NCBI GenBank assembly: GCA_007130125.1
Contig: SLSZ01000143.1
Coordinates: 41,852 to 105,851 of the forward strand
DNA length: 64,000 nt
From: Bacteroidales bacterium
GTDB taxonomy: Bacteria; Bacteroidota; Bacteroidia; Bacteroidales; UBA7960
Direction: 5' to 3'
Below, piece by piece: positions 18,113 through 25,874 of this stretch. The stretch's first letter is position 1. Each line of letters starts with the position of its first letter. Made by a program: the position numbers and the translations under genes. The notes beneath the pieces are model-generated. The model was not told where the DNA came from and searched no databases. It was given only the letters and a program-made list of their open reading frames with translations.

Positions 18113-19012
18113 TTATTTTTTACAGATTTTTATAACACCACCAAGTACAAAGCCAAATAACTCTCCGGCCAAGAACCATATTCTGCTGAAAGCAGCTATG
18201 GTAGTTGCTAAAACCGTAGTTGTGCCACCAAGGGCGAGTAATCCTACCAGGGTGGCTTCGCGGGCGCCTAAGCCACCCGGGGCAAATATGGCTGCTATAC
18301 CTACAATTGCTGATATTGGAAAATACATTAGTGATAGATAACCAACATCAGCATAAAAGCTCAAAGCAAGCAAATGAAATGCAAATGCATACAAAAGCCA
18401 GTAAGCTATAATTACGGGAAAAACCCGAAGGTTTTCTTTGAATGAAAGGTTGGGGATTTTTATCTCTTTTCCTGAGATTTTCAAAACCAGCCACTGTGCA
18501 ATACTGTGAAAATATCGCGTGAAAATTATTAATGTGAGCGCCAGCCATAAGACAACGATTATGGTTTTTATCAGTACGGAAATATTTATTATTACAAACC
18601 CCAAAGAACAAAACAAGACAACCAACCATATACTTATAAACTGGGAATTTAAAGAAATAAAAGCCAGATCATTAAAAGGGTATTTGTATTGGTCTTTTAT
18701 ATAACCCGCTCTGCCGAGATGAACCCAAAATTTGCCGGGAACATATCTTGATAATACAGTCATCCCAAAAGCAATCAAAGAATCCACGGCGGATATATAA
18801 TATCCGAAATTCTTTAATATAACCTTATATGATAACCCTTGTATGAGGACTCCAACAAACAATACTAAAAACGAGAGGGCAAAATACTTGAAATTGATGT
18901 TTTCGGGTAATACAATGTATTCTTTTTTTATTAAAGTGTAGGCCAAAAATGCAACTGAGATGTAAATAAAATAGTGAAGCCAGTTTTTTTTAATATTATG
19001 TACAAATGCCAT
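18113..19012 (-). CDS. Flippase-like membrane protein (UPF0104 / lysylphosphatidylglycerol synthase TM-region family)
   Basis: 299 aa, about 8 TM helices. Has the C-terminal PGGLGAREATLVGLL motif characteristic of this family. Its ATG overlaps the upstream gene's stop by 1 nt (TAATG on the minus strand). Confidence 0.7.
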   Translation of the reverse strand: MAFVHNIKKNWLHYFIYISVAFLAYTLIKKEYIVLPENINFKYFALSFLVLFVGVLIQGLSYKVILKNFGYYISAVDSLIAFGMTVLSRYVPGKFWVHLGRAGYIKDQYKYPFNDLAFISLNSQFISIWLVVLFCSLGFVIINISVLIKTIIVVLWLALTLIIFTRYFHSIAQWLVLKISGKEIKIPNLSFKENLRVFPVIIAYWLLYAFAFHLLALSFYADVGYLSLMYFPISAIVGIAAIFAPGGLGAREATLVGLLALGGTTTVLATTIAAFSRIWFLAGELFGFVLGGVIKICKK

Positions 19013-19956
19013 TATTTTTTTAATTGCTTTTGTTTCGTATAACTCTCCACATGTCTTTGTATTTTCGAAGCATATATGTCTTTAATATTTATAATAATAG
19101 CTATGCCCTCCGTTCCCAGCTTTTGATTATAAGCAACCCCAAAAGTCTTCATGCTGGGCGATAGGCTCATGTAGGCTTTTATCAATGCCGGGATAGTTTC
19201 ATTTCTAGCCCTTATTGCTTTATTAAGGTTTGTAAAATCTTCTTCAAAACCTTTATTGGAAAATAATTTTTCCATCTTGGCTTTATCTGTTATTATTGCT
19301 CTTGGCTCAAAAGGATATATTAGATTTTCTTTGTCGCCAAAATATTTATCCAAAAAGTAGAGTATAATATCTCTTGCTTCCTTATCATAATTCATGTACA
19401 AAGTAACTCTGCCAAAAAAATATTTGGCATCTGGATTATCAACAATTAATGCACCTAGACCATCCCATAAGTTATCCAGTGAAAAAACTCCTTTTCGTTC
19501 GTTTGTTGAGGGTTGAAATTGAGGCTGCACAAAAGACTTCCCAAGTTCTATAGTATATGGCAAATATTCATTAATAAACTTTTCGGAAAAGTAAAACAAG
19601 TCTGTTGTAAAAAGATTATATCTGTTTTTTTTCTTATCTAATTTTGCTTCTTTAAGTTTAAAAAAGCGATATCCTCCTATAATCTCTTCCAGGTTAGGGT
19701 TCCATACAATAATTTGCTTATAGGGCGTTTCGGAAGTGTCAAAATTATCAATATCATATGGTTTACCAGTACCCCCACCTGAATCACGATATGATAATTC
19801 ACGCAAACGTCCTATTTCTTTCATAGTATGAGGACAATCATGAGCCGTAAAAATGTAAATTTCATTGTCTTCATAATTGGTATACCTGACAAACTTATCT
19901 TTTGTTAGCTCTGACTTGATTAGCTTCCTGTCAATAGGAGCCATTGTTTTTTCCAT
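19012..19956 (-). CDS. GNAT-fold N-acyltransferase, N-acyl amino acid synthase-like (OlsB/GlsB-like, 'hemolysin-like')
   Basis: EIGRLRELSYRDSGGGTGKPYDIDNFD and IELGKSFVQPQFQ segments resemble the OlsB/GlsB type of acyl-ACP-dependent amino acid N-acyltransferases. The track start (19983) is a GTG. ATGs at 19956 or 19944 are alternatives. Confidence 0.6.
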   Translation of the reverse strand: MEKTMAPIDRKLIKSELTKDKFVRYTNYEDNEIYIFTAHDCPHTMKEIGRLRELSYRDSGGGTGKPYDIDNFDTSETPYKQIIVWNPNLEEIIGGYRFFKLKEAKLDKKKNRYNLFTTDLFYFSEKFINEYLPYTIELGKSFVQPQFQPSTNERKGVFSLDNLWDGLGALIVDNPDAKYFFGRVTLYMNYDKEARDIILYFLDKYFGDKENLIYPFEPRAIITDKAKMEKLFSNKGFEEDFTNLNKAIRARNETIPALIKAYMSLSPSMKTFGVAYNQKLGTEGIAIIINIKDIYASKIQRHVESYTKQKQLKK

Positions 19957-20221
19957 AATTATAGTTTTTGTACTTTTTATCACTATAGCGGGAGCCTTAT
20001 AGGATCTAACTATATTTTATAGCAATAATAAGTTTTTAAATTAAAACCACATAATAACAGAGTCAGCTTTAATTATTAAATGATAAACAAAGTTAAAAAT
20101 GTTAATTGTTTTATGGTAGTTTTTGCAGAAAGATTTTTTATGCAACATAATTTCGCAGTGTATGTTTTGATGCAACTGCAGGCTTATTGTTGGTATGTTT
20201 TAAGCGTTTATTCTCCAACTA

Positions 20222-20824
20222 TCAGCATAAATGTGTCTCCAATAAAGCTTTCAGCTCTGTGTAATTATTTGTAACAGGCAACTGCGGGAACTCTTCAATA
20301 ACATTTTGTGGAGGCCTGAACAGAATTCCTTTGTTGGCTTGTTGCAGCATAGTGACATCGTTATATGAGTCGCCGAATGCAATTACTTTGTATTGAAGGC
20401 TTTGAAGAGCTTGAACAACTTTTTTCTTAGGATCTTTCTGTCTCAATTTGTAATCAATAATATTGTTGTTTTCGTCAATTACAAGGTTATGGCAAAACAA
20501 TGTGGGGCGTCCGAGTTGTTTCATAAGGGGTTCGGCAAATTGGGAAAAGGTATCTGAAACAACGATTAGCTGTGTCGTTTCCCTTATCCAGTTTATGAAC
20601 TCAACAGCACCGTCAAGTGGTTTTATAGTTGCTATAACATCTTGTATATCTTTTAACTTAAGGCCTTTTTCTTCTAAGATTTTTAGCCGTTGCTTCATCA
20701 ACACATCATAATCACTAATATCGCGGGTAGTGAGCCGTAACTCAGGTATCCCGGTCTTTTCCGCAACGTTTATCCATACTTCAGGTACAAATACTCCTTC
20801 TAAGTCTGCGCATACTAAGTACAT
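20222..20824 (-). CDS. thrH: Bifunctional phosphoserine phosphatase / homoserine phosphotransferase ThrH
   Basis: 200 aa HAD protein, collinear with my recollection of Pseudomonas aeruginosa ThrH: ...DLEGVFVPEVWI..AEKTGI...TTRDI.DYDVLMKQRL.IL.E.GLKL.DIQ.VIAT.KPL.GAVEF..W....QLIVVSDTF..F..PLM.QLG.PTL.CH.L...LRQKDPK...GDSYND..ML. Confidence 0.88.
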   Translation of the reverse strand: MYLVCADLEGVFVPEVWINVAEKTGIPELRLTTRDISDYDVLMKQRLKILEEKGLKLKDIQDVIATIKPLDGAVEFINWIRETTQLIVVSDTFSQFAEPLMKQLGRPTLFCHNLVIDENNNIIDYKLRQKDPKKKVVQALQSLQYKVIAFGDSYNDVTMLQQANKGILFRPPQNVIEEFPQLPVTNNYTELKALLETHLC

Positions 20825-20879
20825 AATGTTTATTTTAATTGTGATATAGTTAAATTAATTTTCATAAAAAAGTTTGATA

Positions 20880-20920
20880 AAATTCCAAGTTCAAATTAAA
20901 TCCTAAATTCCAAGTTCAAA
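20880..20920. repeat. Direct repeat AAATTCCAAGTTCAAA x2 (25-nt spacing), followed by degenerate copies to about 20961
   Basis: Identical 16-mers at 20880-20895 and 20905-20920. Related words TTCAAATTCCAAATC and AAGTTCCAAAA follow. Confidence 0.85.
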
Positions 20921-20964
20921 ATCCAAAATAGGCTTCAAATTCCAAATCTAAAGTTCCAAAAAGG

Positions 20965-21006
20965 CAGTCTTCAGTCTTCAGTCGGCAGTCCACAGTCGGC
21001 AACTGC
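20965..21006. repeat. Heptamer tandem array, 6 units (CAGTCTT CAGTCTT CAGTCGG CAGTCCA CAGTCGG CAACTGC)
   Basis: Read directly from the sequence with a strict 7-nt period. GGCAGTC (20963-20969, 20984-20990) is complementary to GACTGCC at 21057-21063. Confidence 0.9.
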
Positions 21007-21009
21007 TAC

Positions 21010-21036
21010 CAATCTATTCAATCTGCACAATCTATT
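21010..21036. repeat. Nonamer tandem array, 3 units (CAATCTATT CAATCTGCA CAATCTATT)
   Basis: Read directly from the sequence. Immediately follows the heptamer array in the thrC-thrH spacer. Confidence 0.9.
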
Positions 21037-21072
21037 GCCAACTTTTGTCAACTGCTGACTGCCCCATGCCCC

Positions 21073-22446
21073 TTACCTGTAATTTTCGATTAAAAACTCC
21101 TTAAAATTACTATATTGGTTATCCAGTTTATCAAAATTTTCCTCTTTTTCTTCCAAACCTTTCAGGCTAGGTGGCAATTCGGGATCGAAGCCGAGCAGCT
21201 CCCTTATTTTTTCCGGAAACTTTGCAGGATGTGCTGTTTCCAGAGAAACACATAGCTTATCTTTTGTATTATATTCGTGATTCTTTTCAAGAAACAGCTC
21301 TAGTCCACGCCAACCTACAGCTCCATGAGGTTCAAGCAACAGCTTGTGTTTTTCCCATGCTGACTTGATTGTGTTTCCAGTTTCATTATCGGACACACTA
21401 ACAGAAAAGATATCCTTTCGCATTGCATTCATATCAGGCAGTTTGTCAATCTTGCCTGTTTCATCCATTTTCCCTCCATAAAGATCCACCAGGCGTGCAA
21501 GGTTGCTTGGATGGCCTACATTCATGGCGCTTGAAATACAATTCTTTGAAGGTACTATCTTGTTGTATTTTTCGGTTTGCAGAAGAGTTGGAAATTCGTC
21601 ATTTTCGTTGGTAGCGATAACGAATTTCTCAACCGGCAATCCCATTTTCATTGCAAGCATACCACCCATCATATCTCCAAAGTTTCCTGAAGGTACCGAG
21701 AAAATGATTTTTTCATCTCCGGGCTTGTTGCATAGCTGGGCATAGGCATAAAAATAGTATACCGTTTGTGGTATTAACCTGCCAATATTTATGGAGTTTG
21801 CAGAAGAGAGGTTGAGATAGTCAAGATCGGGGTCAGAAAAAGCTTGTTTGACGAGAGCCTGGCAATCGTCAAACTTGGTTTCCAATCCTGCAATTCTGAT
21901 GTTTTTTCCCAGTGTGGTCATTTGCTTTCGTTGGCGGGCAGTTACTTCTTTTACCGGAAACAGAACAACGGCTTTGATATTATCAAACCCATAGAACGCA
22001 TTGGCTATAGCGCTGCCGGTATCTCCTGAGGTAGCGGTTAAGATTAGAAGCTTACGGTTAAGTTTATTAAGGTAGTGATTCATCCATCTTCCCATCATTC
22101 TTCCTGCAAAATCCTTAAAAGAGGCTGTAGGACCCCGGTCAAGGCGCATAACATATTTTCTGTCATATACATGCTCCAGTGGCACATCGTAATTGTATGC
22201 ATCACGGGTCATCGCAGCAAGCTCTTCCTCTTCAATTACACCTTTAAGAAAACAACCTGTTACTATGGTTGCAATCTCATGATATTCCATATCTTTCATT
22301 TTAACCAATGTGCTGTTTGGAATAACAGGTATCGCCCCGGGCATGTACAGGCCTTTGTCCGGTGCCTGCCCTTTGAGCAAAGCCTGATCAAAGGGCAGGG
22401 ATGGGGATTTTTTATTTGTCGAATAATAAAGAATAGGTTTATCCAT
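21073..22446 (-). CDS. thrC: Threonine synthase (long, E. coli-like class)
   Basis: 457 aa. PLP-lysine motif GPTASFKDFAG. N-terminal SF.QALL.G.A.D.GLYMP pattern shared with E. coli ThrC. Starts 3 nt after the upstream gene's stop. Confidence 0.9.
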   Translation of the reverse strand: MDKPILYYSTNKKSPSLPFDQALLKGQAPDKGLYMPGAIPVIPNSTLVKMKDMEYHEIATIVTGCFLKGVIEEEELAAMTRDAYNYDVPLEHVYDRKYVMRLDRGPTASFKDFAGRMMGRWMNHYLNKLNRKLLILTATSGDTGSAIANAFYGFDNIKAVVLFPVKEVTARQRKQMTTLGKNIRIAGLETKFDDCQALVKQAFSDPDLDYLNLSSANSINIGRLIPQTVYYFYAYAQLCNKPGDEKIIFSVPSGNFGDMMGGMLAMKMGLPVEKFVIATNENDEFPTLLQTEKYNKIVPSKNCISSAMNVGHPSNLARLVDLYGGKMDETGKIDKLPDMNAMRKDIFSVSVSDNETGNTIKSAWEKHKLLLEPHGAVGWRGLELFLEKNHEYNTKDKLCVSLETAHPAKFPEKIRELLGFDPELPPSLKGLEEKEENFDKLDNQYSNFKEFLIENYR

Positions 22447-22449
22447 AGG

Positions 22450-23916
22450 TTATCTTCTTAATGTTGCTGAAGAAGCACCTCCGGCAGAATATTCAGGTGA
22501 GGTGCTGATCACTTTCTTGCCGTCCAGTACTGATAACGCCTGATCCAGGTCTGCAATTATGTCGTCGGGATGTTCACTTCCAACGCACAAACGAATCAGG
22601 TTTGGCGGGATATCGGCAAGCTTTCTGCCTTCTTCACCCTGCTGTGAGTGCGTTGAAATAGCAGGGATTGTAGCAACTGATTTGATCCTTCCCAGGTCAG
22701 TTGCCCGCCATATCCGTTGCAGTGAATCAAACACTTCACGAGCAGCTTCTGCACCACCTTTTACGTTAAAAGACATAAGATGACCGTATCTGTTGACCGG
22801 CTTACCGTATTGTTCATCATGTTCTGAATCGACCAACCATAAGTATTCTGAAGCAACGCCATGTAACGGATGTGATTCAAGTCCGAGATATTCAACCTTT
22901 TCCACATTTTTGTGTTTAGATAAAAATTTAGCAACAGTCATTGTTGAACGGCTTTGTATATCAATTCTGGCACGTAAAGTCCGGATATCATTCAGAGCCA
23001 TTATAGCATGCATTGGGGAAAGGTTAGGCCCATTGTCCCTGTTAGGCAAAGTTTTCATATACATGCAGAAGTCGGCTTTCATCTCAGGGTTGTCAATGCC
23101 TGACACAAGGTTTTTTCTGGCAATAACTGCTCCGGCAATACCAAAACCGCTTGTCATAAGTGTCTTTGAAACAGATTGCACTACAATGTCTGCTCCCATT
23201 GCCAAAGGACGCATAAGTGCCGGAGTGGCTACCGTGGAATCAATAATTACTGGTATGCCATGCTTATGACCCAGTTCAATAACCTTTTTAAGATCAAAAA
23301 AGGCTTGACCGGGATTGCTTGGCATTTCACCATATAGAAACCTGGTGTTCTCATCTATGAGTTTTTCCCATTCTGACAAATCATTGGAATTAACCACCTT
23401 GCGCCACTCAATAAGCCTTTCCTGATTTTTTCTTACTGCAAACTGCTGAAAAGTGCCTCCATAAATTTTTGTTGTGGCAACAAAATTTACAGGTTTTGAC
23501 GGTTCCTTTGGATCGGGTAACAAAAACGGATCTACGGCAGTTTGTATTGCAGACATACCTGATGAAGTGGCAATACAAGATGCCTCAACATCACTGCCAT
23601 AAGTTTCCAGTAAAGCTAATACCCCTTCAAGATAATAGATAGTAGGATTAGCTATCCTTGAATAACACCATGTTGGTATTTGATAGCCCAATGCTGCTTC
23701 CATCTCATCAGAATCACGATAACATTGGGAAGTTGACATATAAATAGGCTCAATTATTGAACCCTGGTTAAAATCCAGTGCTTCCTGCATGGAATAAACG
23801 CCATGCACAGCAATAGTATCAAAACGGCATTTTTTCATCTGGTTAATATGACTCTTATGCCAATCAGCCGAACGCTTGGCTGCTTCCAGGTAGTGATTAA
23901 TTCCTTGTGAATTCAT
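22450..23916 (-). CDS. Cys/Met-metabolism PLP-dependent enzyme (gamma-family; O-acyl/O-phospho-homoserine sulfhydrylase or gamma-synthase-like), divergent long form
   Basis: 488 aa. SRIANPT, SSGMSAI, YGGT, IIDSTVATPALMRPLAMGADIVVQSVSKTL (PLP Lys in SxSK) and C-terminal IRLCVGSEHPDDIIADL match the trans-sulfuration family. Substrate specificity cannot be read from the sequence. Confidence 0.8.
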   Translation of the reverse strand: MNSQGINHYLEAAKRSADWHKSHINQMKKCRFDTIAVHGVYSMQEALDFNQGSIIEPIYMSTSQCYRDSDEMEAALGYQIPTWCYSRIANPTIYYLEGVLALLETYGSDVEASCIATSSGMSAIQTAVDPFLLPDPKEPSKPVNFVATTKIYGGTFQQFAVRKNQERLIEWRKVVNSNDLSEWEKLIDENTRFLYGEMPSNPGQAFFDLKKVIELGHKHGIPVIIDSTVATPALMRPLAMGADIVVQSVSKTLMTSGFGIAGAVIARKNLVSGIDNPEMKADFCMYMKTLPNRDNGPNLSPMHAIMALNDIRTLRARIDIQSRSTMTVAKFLSKHKNVEKVEYLGLESHPLHGVASEYLWLVDSEHDEQYGKPVNRYGHLMSFNVKGGAEAAREVFDSLQRIWRATDLGRIKSVATIPAISTHSQQGEEGRKLADIPPNLIRLCVGSEHPDDIIADLDQALSVLDGKKVISTSPEYSAGGASSATLRR

Positions 23917-23962
23917 TGTTTAATTATTGGTTCATATGTAGAGAGTTGAATTTTCCTTTTGA

Positions 23963-23970
23963 CAAATTTA
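23963..23970 (-). promoter_or_regulatory. Candidate -7 promoter box (TAAATTTG on minus strand) for the PLP-enzyme/thrC operon
   Basis: Matches TAnnTTTG, 46 nt upstream of the start at 23916. Confidence 0.35.
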
Positions 23971-24074
23971 AAAATATTTAAAATTAAATGTAAATAAAGA
24001 AGCAAAATAGAGTAAACAGTTATACTTTTTTTATAAAAAACTTAATATATTTTAATTTTATAGCTAAAATATTA

Positions 24075-24082
24075 TAAATTTG
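24075..24082 (+). promoter_or_regulatory. Candidate -7 promoter box TAAATTTG for the Lrp/AsnC gene
   Basis: Matches TAnnTTTG, 28 nt upstream of ATG 24111. Divergent from the box at 23963-23970. Confidence 0.4.
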
Positions 24083-24110
24083 AAAAAATTGTAATAAAAT
24101 ATTTAAAGTT

Positions 24111-24584
24111 ATGGCAAAAAACTTTCATCTTGATAGCCTTGATAAGAAAATACTTGGTTTTTTAACATCGGATGCCAGGATGCCTTTTCTTGAAATAGCC
24201 CGCAAATGTGATGTTTCGGGTGCGGCAATTCATCAAAGAGTCCAAAAAATGATTGATGCCGGAGTTATTTCAGGAACACAGTTTAATATTTCTCCAAAGG
24301 CAGTAGGATATAATACATGTGCTTTTATTGGTATACAGGTAAACTTGACTACTTCCGCTACTCATGAAGAGGTGTTTCAACGAATTAAAAAAATTCCTGA
24401 AATAGTTGAATGTCATCATATTACCGGGAAATATTCGTTGTTGATAAAAATATTTGCTCACAATAATGAGCATTTGAAAAAAATCATTGTCGAGGACATT
24501 CAGTCGATATTAGAAATAGTAAATACCGAAACTTTCATTTCATTGGAGGAGGGTTTTTTCAGGCAGTTGCCGGTGATGGAATAA
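24111..24584 (+). CDS. Lrp/AsnC family transcriptional regulator
   Basis: 157 aa. HTH_AsnC N-terminus: LDSLDKKILGFLTSDARMPFLEIARKCDVSGAAIHQRVQKM. C-terminal RAM/AsnC_trans_reg domain. Confidence 0.9.
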   Translation: MAKNFHLDSLDKKILGFLTSDARMPFLEIARKCDVSGAAIHQRVQKMIDAGVISGTQFNISPKAVGYNTCAFIGIQVNLTTSATHEEVFQRIKKIPEIVECHHITGKYSLLIKIFAHNNEHLKKIIVEDIQSILEIVNTETFISLEEGFFRQLPVME

Positions 24585-24690
24585 TTGGAGAAAAAGTTTT
24601 AAGTTTGCACTTTTTTAAAGTTGAACTTTACGTGATTGTTTTTTATAATTGCCAGGTAGTTATGTGTCATCTGAGTTAAGGTGAATAATT

Positions 24691-24756
24691 GACGGGTAAC
24701 GTGCGACGAGTAACAGGTCTCTATGGCTAATTTTTAACTCTATTACTCGTAACCGT
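24691..24756. repeat. GACGnGTAAC direct repeat (24691-24700, 24705-24714) plus inverted copy TTACTCGTAACCGT (24743-24756)
   Basis: Read directly. ACGAGTAA (24706-24713) can pair with TTACTCGT (24743-24750) across a 29-nt loop. Confidence 0.7.
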
Positions 24757-24819
24757 TATTTTAAAAGACAAAGAAAAGGACGTGTGTAAATAGGTTGATT
24801 AATTAAATAATAAATACAT

Positions 24820-25740
24820 ATGAATCGTATAACAGTATGGTTAGCTCAGATGCGTGCTAATTTTTTGGTTTTGGCAGTTTTGCTTGTATTTACCGGATTG
24901 TCAACGGTGTATAAATATTATACCGGTGAAGTTGATTTTAATTTTATACATGCTTTGCTTATCCTTATTGGTGTGGTGTTGGCGCATATTTCGGTAAACC
25001 TGTTTAATGAATATTTTGACTATTTTTCAAAGATAGATTTTGATACTTTAAGAACGCCTTTCAGTGGTGGCAGTGGAATGCTTACAGCTGGAAAGACTAC
25101 GCCACAGGCTGTGCTTAGAGCCGCTATTATTAGCTTAGTGATAGCTTTTTCAATAGGGCTTTATTTTGCTTTGATTTCGCACTGGATGATATTAGCAATA
25201 GCACTTTTAGGTTTATTCACGATTGTGTTTTACACAACTGTCCTTGCCAGGTTTATGTTGGGTGAATTGTTTTCCGGCATAGCTCTTGGTTCATTGGTGG
25301 TTATAGGTGCTTATATTGCTATGACGGCTACTCCCGGCATGGCGATTTCAGAGCTGGTACCACTGCCCGTAATATTAATATCATTGCCTCCCGGTATTCT
25401 AACTTCATTATTATTGTTGTTAAATGAATTTCCCGATGTTGAGGCTGACAAAAAGGGAGGCCGCCGGCACCTGGTAATTCGTTTTGGCAGATACAAAGCA
25501 GCATGGATATATGCTGCAGGAGTATTTGTTACTTTTCTGATAATCGCACTTATTCCAATATTAGGCTTTTCAGGGCCTTGGTTTTTTATAGCTCTTATTA
25601 CCTTGCCATTGGCAGGCAAAGCTGTAATTACAGCAATATACCACCATGAAGACCATAAAAAGATAGTATCAGCTATGGGTATAAATGTTGTTGTGGTATT
25701 GGCAACTAATTTCTTAATGGCACTGGGGCTGCTGTTGTAA
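24820..25740 (+). CDS. UbiA-family prenyltransferase (MenA-like)
   Basis: 306 aa, about 8-9 TM helices. Two Asp-rich motifs: NLFNEYFDYFSKIDFD and NEFPDVEADKKGGRRH. The acceptor substrate cannot be determined by eye. Confidence 0.8.
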   Translation: MNRITVWLAQMRANFLVLAVLLVFTGLSTVYKYYTGEVDFNFIHALLILIGVVLAHISVNLFNEYFDYFSKIDFDTLRTPFSGGSGMLTAGKTTPQAVLRAAIISLVIAFSIGLYFALISHWMILAIALLGLFTIVFYTTVLARFMLGELFSGIALGSLVVIGAYIAMTATPGMAISELVPLPVILISLPPGILTSLLLLLNEFPDVEADKKGGRRHLVIRFGRYKAAWIYAAGVFVTFLIIALIPILGFSGPWFFIALITLPLAGKAVITAIYHHEDHKKIVSAMGINVVVVLATNFLMALGLLL

Positions 25741-25837
25741 AAGCTGTTTTTGATTGACAGAAAGCAAAAGGCAATTGAGACTTAATTCCAGTTTTACTAA
25801 TATTAACTATATTATTCTCCTTCCACTATTTTTTATG

Positions 25838-25845
25838 TATTTTTG
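25838..25845 (+). promoter_or_regulatory. Candidate -7 promoter box TATTTTTG for the polyamine genes
   Basis: Matches TAnnTTTG, 29 nt upstream of ATG 25875. Confidence 0.4.
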
Positions 25846-25874
25846 ATAAACAAAACGTATTAACTGAGGTAATT

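Noticed and set aside
20965-21036. Tandem repeats considered as a possible CRISPR array
   Set aside because: The periods are 7 and 9 nt with no unique spacers, and there are no cas genes in the window. This is not CRISPR.
23917-24110. Possible SAM or other amino-acid riboswitch upstream of the PLP-enzyme/thrC operon
   Set aside because: The spacer is almost pure A/T, with no G/C-rich helices or conserved riboswitch core motifs visible. It contains only divergent promoter-like boxes.
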